From: Candidatus Kerfeldbacteria bacterium
GTDB taxonomy: Bacteria; Patescibacteriota; Patescibacteriia; UBA10025; JAHIVO01
Assembly: GCA_016214565.1 (NCBI GenBank)
Contig: JACROE010000002.1
Location: 600,007-664,006 of the forward strand
Direction of reading: 5' to 3'
DNA: 64,000 bases
The number at the start of each line of letters is the position of its first letter. The stretch's first letter is position 1. The position numbers and the translations under genes are program-made. Under the pieces are notes generated by a model that was not told where the DNA came from, searched no databases, and worked only from the letters and a program-made list of their open reading frames with translations. This document shows, piece by piece, positions 57,713 through 64,000 of this stretch.

Positions 57713-59235
57713 TGCCTTTTTTCCTTCGGGCCAAGAAACTGGATTTCGGATCAGGTGGCCAACCCTGGGTGGTTGTGCTTCAGGAAGCTGAAGCGCGCAC
57801 GCTTGGCATTGTGCTGGGTGATTTGATAGAGCTAACCTGGGGTGAAAAGCGTAAGGCGATTGTGGTTGCCTATTACACTCGGTCAAAAGTCAAACCGGGT
57901 GAATTGGGCATCTTCCGGGAGATTTGGCGCACGCTGCGCGTGAAGGAAAATGAGCCGGTATCATTGCACGTGCTATCACGGCCACCCTCGATTGAAGCTA
58001 TCAAGAAGAAGCTCTTAGGCAAACCCCTTTCGTATCTGGAGATGTTTTCCATTATTAAGGATATTGTCGATCATAAATTGAGTCGCGTGGAGATCACTTA
58101 TTTTGTTGCATCTAGCTTTATTACCACGTTTTCAAATGAAGAGCTGTATTATATGACGAAGGCGATGGCCGAGACTGGGGAAATGCTTAAGCCCGGCCGT
58201 AAAGTAGTAGCAGACAAACACTCAATTGGCGGGGTGGCGGGAAATCGTACCACTATGGTGGTTATTCCGATTGTTGCGTCGCAGGGCGTCTTTATTCCTA
58301 AAACCTCTTCACGTGCGATCACCTCGCCTGCGGGTACGGCGGATACGATGGAGGTATTGGCTCCAGTGAGTTTGCCGTTCAAACGGGTTCAGGCGATTAC
58401 GAAAAAAATTAATACGTGTTTAATCTGGGGTGGGAGTGTGAAGCTGGCTCCAGCTGATGACTATCTGATACAGGTATCGCACCCCCTCGCCCTCGAACCG
58501 TTGGATAAAATGGTGGTGAGTATTCTTGCGAAAAAAGTTGCCATGGGAGTGACACATTTAGTCGTCGATTTACCGTATGGGCCGACGGTAAAAATTACTA
58601 ATCGTAAAGACGCGGATGCAGTCAAAGCAAAATTTGAATATGTGGCACGGCGATTCAAGATCAAAATAAAAGTCGTCATGACCCCAACTCGTGAACCAGT
58701 CGGACGTGGCATCGGGCCGGCACTTGAAGCGCGTGATGTGCTGCGCGTACTTCAGCAGAAAGATTATCGTCCGGCTGATCTGGAGAAAAAGTCGATCAGA
58801 CTGGCGGGGGAACTTCTCGAATTAGCGGGACGGGCCAAGCGCGGCCGTGGCCATATGCTCGCGGCGGAAGCGCTGACCTCAGGTGCAGCCTGGCGCAAAA
58901 TGCAAGAGATTATCCATGAACAGGGCGGCAAAGAAAAAATTGATTCAGAAGATCTCACCTTAGGCGCGTTGCGGCATCGGTTCTATGCGCCGTATAGCGG
59001 GACGATTGTCGGGGTGAATGATAAGATGGTGGATCAGGTGGCCCGCATCCTCGGCGCGCCGCATGAGAAACTCGCCGGCATTTACATCAATAAGCGCTTG
59101 GGTCAAAAAGTCCGGCGTGATGAGCGGCTTTTTACCCTGTACGCTCAAACCAGCGATCGTATCGGATTAGCCCTGGAAGCACTTAAAGAGCGCAAGATTT
59201 TTGATATCAAACCAGCCCCTCGGAGCCGTCGATAG
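57709..59235 (+). CDS. AMP phosphorylase (archaeal-type thymidine-phosphorylase family, DeoA-like)
   Basis: About 500 aa with N-terminal extension typical of AMP phosphorylase; DKHSIGGVAGNRTT motif; 4-nt overlap with corA. Confidence 0.75.
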   Translation: MMPFFLRAKKLDFGSGGQPWVVVLQEAEARTLGIVLGDLIELTWGEKRKAIVVAYYTRSKVKPGELGIFREIWRTLRVKENEPVSLHVLSRPPSIEAIKKKLLGKPLSYLEMFSIIKDIVDHKLSRVEITYFVASSFITTFSNEELYYMTKAMAETGEMLKPGRKVVADKHSIGGVAGNRTTMVVIPIVASQGVFIPKTSSRAITSPAGTADTMEVLAPVSLPFKRVQAITKKINTCLIWGGSVKLAPADDYLIQVSHPLALEPLDKMVVSILAKKVAMGVTHLVVDLPYGPTVKITNRKDADAVKAKFEYVARRFKIKIKVVMTPTREPVGRGIGPALEARDVLRVLQQKDYRPADLEKKSIRLAGELLELAGRAKRGRGHMLAAEALTSGAAWRKMQEIIHEQGGKEKIDSEDLTLGALRHRFYAPYSGTIVGVNDKMVDQVARILGAPHEKLAGIYINKRLGQKVRRDERLFTLYAQTSDRIGLALEALKERKIFDIKPAPRSRR

Positions 59236-59311
59236 CCATTTTGACAAGGGGGTATGCCCGTGGTATGGTAGGAGTGGTAATCGTTATCATTTATTTTGGA
59301 GCCATACTTTT

Positions 59312-59878
59312 GTGCCGGCAACCAGGGTAGCGAAACAGAAGACAGCCGATAAAACCTGGCGCTTAACCAATCAGCGCATGGTTATTTTGAGTTATCTTCG
59401 CGCCACGCCCGGGCATCACAGCGCTGAACAGATTTACGGTGAGGTGAAAAAAAAGATGCCGTCGATGAGCTTCGCCACGGTGTACCGCAATCTTAATTTT
59501 CTGCGTGATTATGGTTACATCCAGGAGACGGTGATTAATAAAATAAGCCGCTATGATGGACGGATTGATGCGCATGTCCATTTGCTCTGTGAGAATTGCG
59601 GCAAGGTGGTCAATGTCGACCATGACAGCATTTTTGAATCAGCTCGACGCCTCGCTAAACAGCAGCATTTTATTTCCCGCATGGAAAATATTGAACTTCG
59701 CGGATTATGTGAAGAGTGCCGCGCCAAGGGCGTCAAAATACCAGCCTTAGCGGAAGGACAGTGCCAATCATGCGGCAAACTGAAGAAGGACATCCTACAG
59801 GCAGTGCTCGAGTGTGGCGATTGCCGTTTCAATAATAGCTGCTTGTATTATCAGGAAGCGCATCGTGCGCATGCTTAA
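59312..59878 (+). CDS. Fur-family transcriptional regulator (PerR/Fur-like) with Cys-rich C-terminal extension
   Basis: GTG start with GGAG RBS; TNQRMVILSYL wHTH; HxH/CxxC sites (HVHLLCENCG); extra C-terminal CxxC...CxxC. Confidence 0.7.
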   Translation: MPATRVAKQKTADKTWRLTNQRMVILSYLRATPGHHSAEQIYGEVKKKMPSMSFATVYRNLNFLRDYGYIQETVINKISRYDGRIDAHVHLLCENCGKVVNVDHDSIFESARRLAKQQHFISRMENIELRGLCEECRAKGVKIPALAEGQCQSCGKLKKDILQAVLECGDCRFNNSCLYYQEAHRAHA

Positions 59879-59896
59879 ATCAGGAGTGAACTGACC

Positions 59897-60643
59897 ATGG
59901 ATCGACTGGTAATTCGACAGCTATATGCCCGTGTAACCGACACCCCCATTCTCAAGGGGGTTGATTTAACTATTCAGCCAGGCACTATTCATGCGCTGAT
60001 GGGTCCGAACGGATCGGGCAAGTCTACGCTCGCCTCGATCATTGCCGGACATCCGGGCTATACGGTGACGCGGGGGACGATGACCTATGGTGCCACCCTG
60101 CTCAAGAAACTCACCCCTGACCAGCGGGCGCAGCGCGGTATTTTTTTATCGTTCCAATATCCGGTGGCGGTGCCTGGATTGTCCCTCGAACATTTTTTGC
60201 GCACTGCCTACAATAATATCCATCGCGGCCAGCAGTTATCCGCGTTGGAATTTCATAAACATATTGAAGCAAAAATGAAATTGCTCAATATGAAGCCAGA
60301 TTTTGCCAGCCGTGCGCTCAATGAGGGGTTCTCCGGCGGAGAAAAAAAGAAGTCAGAAATTTTACAACTTGCTGTATTGGAACCAACCTTGGCCATTCTC
60401 GACGAAACGGACTCTGGCTTGGACATTGATGCGCTGCGCGCCGTGGCAAAAGGCATCAATAAATTGGTAAATCCGAAATTGGGCATTCTGATTATCACGC
60501 ACTATGTGCGCATTTTACGCTATATCAAACCAGACTATGTTCATGTTATGTCGGCGGGAAAAATTATTAAATCGGGAAAACGAACGCTAGCCACTCAGAT
60601 TGAACGTAGGGGCTATGACTGGTTATTGAAGAAAAAGAAATAA
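59897..60643 (+). CDS. sufC: Fe-S cluster assembly ATPase SufC
   Basis: Walker A GPNGSGKST, signature FSGGEKKK, Walker B LDETDSG. Confidence 0.95.
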   Translation: MDRLVIRQLYARVTDTPILKGVDLTIQPGTIHALMGPNGSGKSTLASIIAGHPGYTVTRGTMTYGATLLKKLTPDQRAQRGIFLSFQYPVAVPGLSLEHFLRTAYNNIHRGQQLSALEFHKHIEAKMKLLNMKPDFASRALNEGFSGGEKKKSEILQLAVLEPTLAILDETDSGLDIDALRAVAKGINKLVNPKLGILIITHYVRILRYIKPDYVHVMSAGKIIKSGKRTLATQIERRGYDWLLKKKK

Positions 60644-60646
60644 CAT

Positions 60647-62059
60647 ATGTCTGACGCTCAAACATTACGCGCCTATGGCAATGAAGCGAAGCTGGCGGCA
60701 GAGCGGCCGGATACGCTTGACTATATTCATACTGCTAAACGCGGTCTGACGAAACGCACGGTGGAAGAAATTTCATCCATGAAAAATGAGCCTGCTTGGA
60801 TGCGGGAAAATCGATTGCGTGCCTACGAAACATTTTTACAGAAGCGTGGGCCAGCCTGGGGAGCAGATTTGTCCGGCATTGATTTTGATGATCTGTACTA
60901 TTATCTCAAACCAACTACTGGGGTGGCCAAACGATGGGATAAAGTTCCGAGCACTATTCGCAATACATACAACCGATTAGGCATCCCTGAAGCGGAACAA
61001 AAATATTTGACCGGCGTAATGGCGCAGTATGAATCCGAAGCGGTCTATCATAGTCTCCAGGATAAGATGTCCAAGCTCGGCGTTATCTTCACCGACATGG
61101 ACACGGGGTTGCGGAAGTATCCGGATTTGGTCAAACAATATTTCGGTCGGGTGGTACCCGCCGGAGATAATAAGTTTGCGGCGCTGAACACGGCGGTATG
61201 GAGCGGCGGCAGTTTTCTGTATGTACCGGCCGGTGTGCACGTGACATTTCCCCTGCAAGCATATTTTCGCATTAATAAAGAAAAGGTTGGTCAATTTGAA
61301 CGAACATTGATTATCGCAGAGCCGGGCAGCTTCGTACACTATGTGGAGGGATGTACGGCGCCACAGTATACCAGCGGTTCATTGCATTCCGCTGTCGTGG
61401 AAATTATTGTGAAAAAGGGAGCGCGGGTTCGCTATACCACCGTTCAGAATTGGTCAAAAAATGTGTACAATTTAGTCACCAAGCGGACGTTCGTGTATGA
61501 AGAGGGTACGATGGAATGGGTGGATGGAAACTTAGGCAGCCGCGTGACTATGAAATATCCTTCTGTTTATTTACTCGGCCGCAAGGCGCGTGGTGATGTA
61601 CTTTCAGTGGCGTTTGCCGGCAATGGTCAGCATCAGGATGCAGGAGGTAAAGCAATTCACGGCGCACCGGAGACGACCTCAACTATTATTTCAAAATCTG
61701 TTTCAAAAGATCGTGGTCACACTTCGTACCGCGGCTTGGTTCGCGTCCCAGCTGGCATGCGTGGCTGTAAATCAAATGTGGTGTGCGACGCTTTATTGCT
61801 TCATCCACAATCGCGCTCTGACACGTATCCGACGATGGATATACGCGAGAGTGATGTGCAGATTGGTCACGAAGCTTCGGTCGGAAAAGTCGGTGAGGAG
61901 CAATTATTTTATCTCATGAGCCGTGGCTTGTCTGAAGCAGAAGCGATGTCAATGATTGTCTCGGGATTTATTGAACCAATTGCTAAAGAATTGCCCATTG
62001 AATACGCTGTTGAATTAAATCGCCTCATCCAATTAGAAATGGAAGGAAGCGTAGGATAA
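60647..62059 (+). CDS. sufB: Fe-S cluster assembly protein SufB
   Basis: 470 aa, conserved SufB core. Confidence 0.93.
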   Translation: MSDAQTLRAYGNEAKLAAERPDTLDYIHTAKRGLTKRTVEEISSMKNEPAWMRENRLRAYETFLQKRGPAWGADLSGIDFDDLYYYLKPTTGVAKRWDKVPSTIRNTYNRLGIPEAEQKYLTGVMAQYESEAVYHSLQDKMSKLGVIFTDMDTGLRKYPDLVKQYFGRVVPAGDNKFAALNTAVWSGGSFLYVPAGVHVTFPLQAYFRINKEKVGQFERTLIIAEPGSFVHYVEGCTAPQYTSGSLHSAVVEIIVKKGARVRYTTVQNWSKNVYNLVTKRTFVYEEGTMEWVDGNLGSRVTMKYPSVYLLGRKARGDVLSVAFAGNGQHQDAGGKAIHGAPETTSTIISKSVSKDRGHTSYRGLVRVPAGMRGCKSNVVCDALLLHPQSRSDTYPTMDIRESDVQIGHEASVGKVGEEQLFYLMSRGLSEAEAMSMIVSGFIEPIAKELPIEYAVELNRLIQLEMEGSVG

Positions 62060-62102
62060 CGAATTATTAATTGCTAATGTCTAATTTCTAATTCAGATAC
62101 CT

Positions 62103-62936
62103 GTGTCCAGGATTGACCGACCACATATTTCTATTCCTACTACAAATCGAGCCCTCTATCCAAAGGCGGATCCACTGCAACGGCTGCCCGAAGCACTCGA
62201 GCGACGGGTGCGGGGTAGTCTTCGACCGAAGCGCGTCTTGGTGAAAAAGTCGGGTATCATTTCGTTGGACATTCAGGTAGAACAATTTCATAACGTGCAA
62301 TACCATATTGCTGCGGGCATCACCGTCACATTTGTGTTGATTGGTGCTATACCGGTGATTAATTCGGGTTTGCACCTCGTGACCTGCCAACTCAGTCGTA
62401 ATAGTCGCGTCACGGTCATTCAGGCTCTGAGCGGTGGCGCGCGGGTGGATACCCATCTGCGGTTTGAGCTGCAGGGGAGCGGCGCCGTGGCGAATTATCG
62501 CGGGGTGCTGTTTGGCCAAGCGCGATCGCAGCATGCGCTGCATCTGATCATGCACCATCAGGCGCCGCACACGTCGGGTGACATACTCCTGAAAGGGGTT
62601 TATACTGAGCAGAGTAAGGGTGTCATCACCGGCTTGATCAAGATTGACCGTCGCGCCCAGGACACTGATTCGTATTTTGGTGATGATGTACTTCTCTTTG
62701 ATCAGGGCATGACCGCTTCCGAGCCGATGCTGGAGATAGAGGCAGATAACGTCCGCGCTTCGCATGGCTCAACCACGGGTCGAGTCAATAGTGATCAATT
62801 ATTTTATCTCCAATCGCGCGGCCTCTCGTACCAGCAAGCACGGTATATGATCATCCAGGGTTTTTTCCAACCAGTACTGGCTAACGCGCCTGAGGCGCAG
62901 CAAGCTCAACTTTCTTCATTTATTAAAGCGCTATGA
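62103..62936 (+). CDS. sufD: Fe-S cluster assembly protein SufD (short form)
   Basis: Paralog of SufB C-terminal beta-helix; position between sufB and sufS. Confidence 0.8.
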   Translation: MSRIDRPHISIPTTNRALYPKADPLQRLPEALERRVRGSLRPKRVLVKKSGIISLDIQVEQFHNVQYHIAAGITVTFVLIGAIPVINSGLHLVTCQLSRNSRVTVIQALSGGARVDTHLRFELQGSGAVANYRGVLFGQARSQHALHLIMHHQAPHTSGDILLKGVYTEQSKGVITGLIKIDRRAQDTDSYFGDDVLLFDQGMTASEPMLEIEADNVRASHGSTTGRVNSDQLFYLQSRGLSYQQARYMIIQGFFQPVLANAPEAQQAQLSSFIKAL

Positions 62937-64000
62937 GTTTTGATCCCCAATTGGTAAAAAAAGATTTTCCGATACTCAACCAGCCAGATAATCCGGGTTT
63001 GGTTTATCTTGATTCCACCGCTTCCAGCCAAAAACCACAATCGGTGATTGATGCTATGAGTACGCTTTACCGAACCTCGTATGCTAATGTCCACCGGGGG
63101 ATTTATCAGTTGTCAGAGAAGGCGTCAGAGGCGTATGAAAAAGCTCGGGCGACCGTGGCGCGATTTATTGATGCGGACCCAGCCGAGGTTATCTTTACTC
63201 GCAATGCCACCGAGAGTATTAATCTGGTCGCCTATACCTGGGGCAATGCAAATCTGAAAGCAGGAGATGAAATCATCATCACCGAAATGGAGCACCACGC
63301 CAATATCGTGCCGTGGCAGCAGCTCGCTCTGCGCACGGGTGCTATTCTTAAGTGGTGGCCAGTCACCGCTGACTATCGATTAGATTTGGCTGATTTGTCG
63401 AAACTATTTTCTCCCAAGACAAAACTGGTTGCCTGTACGCACATGTCGAACGTATTAGGAACGGTCAATCCAGTCGTAGAGATTATTGCTGCTATACGCA
63501 ACTTCAATAAAGATATTGTCATTTTGATTGACGGTGCCCAAAGCACTCCGCATCTGCCCGTCTCCATGGCGAGCCTCAAGCCCGATTTCTTTGCCTTTTC
63601 CTCACATAAAATGCTAGGACCGTCAGGCATGGGCGTATTATATGGCCGCCGAGAATTGTTGGAAGCAATGCCGCCATTTTTGACTGGCGGGGATATGATT
63701 TCCCGCGTCACCTTTACCGAGGCGCGGTGGAATGAATTGCCCTATAAATTTGAAGCAGGCACCCCGCATATTGCCGGCGCCGTTGGTCTGGCCGCAGCCA
63801 TTGAATATCTTGAGCGGCTGGGCATGGACGCTATTGCCGAGCATGAGCATCAGCTGACAGAGTACGGATTACGACGATTGAAAGAAATTCCTGGATTGCG
63901 ACTGATTGGTCCAGCTACGACCGACGCTCGTGGCGCTATTTTCTCTTTCATGCTACCGGAAGTACACCCGCATGATCTCGCTTCAATATTAGATGAACAG
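62933..64000 (+). CDS. sufS: cysteine desulfurase SufS (partial, continues beyond window)
   Basis: ATG overlaps the sufD stop (ATGA); class V aminotransferase with PLP Lys in SSHKMLGPSG; ORF runs off the end. Confidence 0.88.
   Translation, partial: MSFDPQLVKKDFPILNQPDNPGLVYLDSTASSQKPQSVIDAMSTLYRTSYANVHRGIYQLSEKASEAYEKARATVARFIDADPAEVIFTRNATESINLVAYTWGNANLKAGDEIIITEMEHHANIVPWQQLALRTGAILKWWPVTADYRLDLADLSKLFSPKTKLVACTHMSNVLGTVNPVVEIIAAIRNFNKDIVILIDGAQSTPHLPVSMASLKPDFFAFSSHKMLGPSGMGVLYGRRELLEAMPPFLTGGDMISRVTFTEARWNELPYKFEAGTPHIAGAVGLAAAIEYLERLGMDAIAEHEHQLTEYGLRRLKEIPGLRLIGPATTDARGAIFSFMLPEVHPHDLASILDEQ

Noticed and set aside
59236-59311. Possible Fur/PerR box upstream of the suf-associated Fur-family gene (AATCGTTATCATTTA)
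   Set aside because: The sequence is not a clear inverted repeat and is only loosely similar to Fur/PerR consensus boxes, which is insufficient to call.
62088-62765. 225-aa minus-strand ORF overlapping sufD
   Set aside because: Antisense to sufD, which is supported by suf operon synteny and its overlap with sufS; no independent support.

Overview
This is a 64-kb chromosomal window from a mid-GC bacterium. It probably belongs to a small-genome uncultivated lineage (CPR/Patescibacteria-like). That assignment is inference only, based on an archaeal-type AMP phosphorylase, orphan membrane-anchored solute-binding proteins, many small membrane hypotheticals and basic low-complexity N-terminal extensions on rnj and rpoD.

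Housekeeping content:
- RNase J, SecG and a family-5 solute-binding protein.
- Divergent uvrC and uvrA.
- groES-groEL behind a consensus sigma70 promoter plus a perfect CIRCE operator.
- ppsA, dnaG-rpoD and typA.
- Fur-like regulator, sufCBD and the start of sufS.
- tRNA-Leu(CAG), tRNA-Ser(GGA) and two different tRNA-Asn(GUU) genes.

Accessory and unusual content:
1. A promoter-to-terminator operon at 38949-42408. It encodes a Cys-rich RNHCP-domain protein followed by two translationally coupled radical-SAM enzymes. The first carries a SPASM domain plus a C-terminal PqqD-like RRE. The second is fused to a YkgJ-type CxxCxxxCC Fe-S domain. This is a candidate uncharacterised RiPP-like maturation system.
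2. Three tandem paralogous secreted proteins (4809-7381) sharing an N-terminal FLKRFWW signal-anchor motif, with LytM-like segments. A small Cys/His tandem-repeat protein sits nearby.
3. An AT-rich two-gene island (1560-2810) with an Rx4H HEPN-like motif.
4. A Cu/Zn homeostasis super-cluster (44.3-56 kb). It holds an ArsR-YHS regulator with its operator, a copA homologue, a CopZ-type HMA protein, a DsbA-like oxidoreductase, a CcdA-like membrane protein fused to a cupredoxin-like domain, paralogous cupredoxin-like domains with a CxMGMY motif, a ZIP transporter, and a Fur-family regulator (putative Zur) with a palindromic operator.
5. At least three families of duplicated structured intergenic elements, one with compensatory stem changes. 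There is also a duplicated 17-nt promoter module, a GC palindrome inserted in-frame in uvrC, and partial tRNA duplications flanking tRNA-Ser and tRNA-Asn.

No CRISPR array, rRNA, transposase or integrase was recognised.
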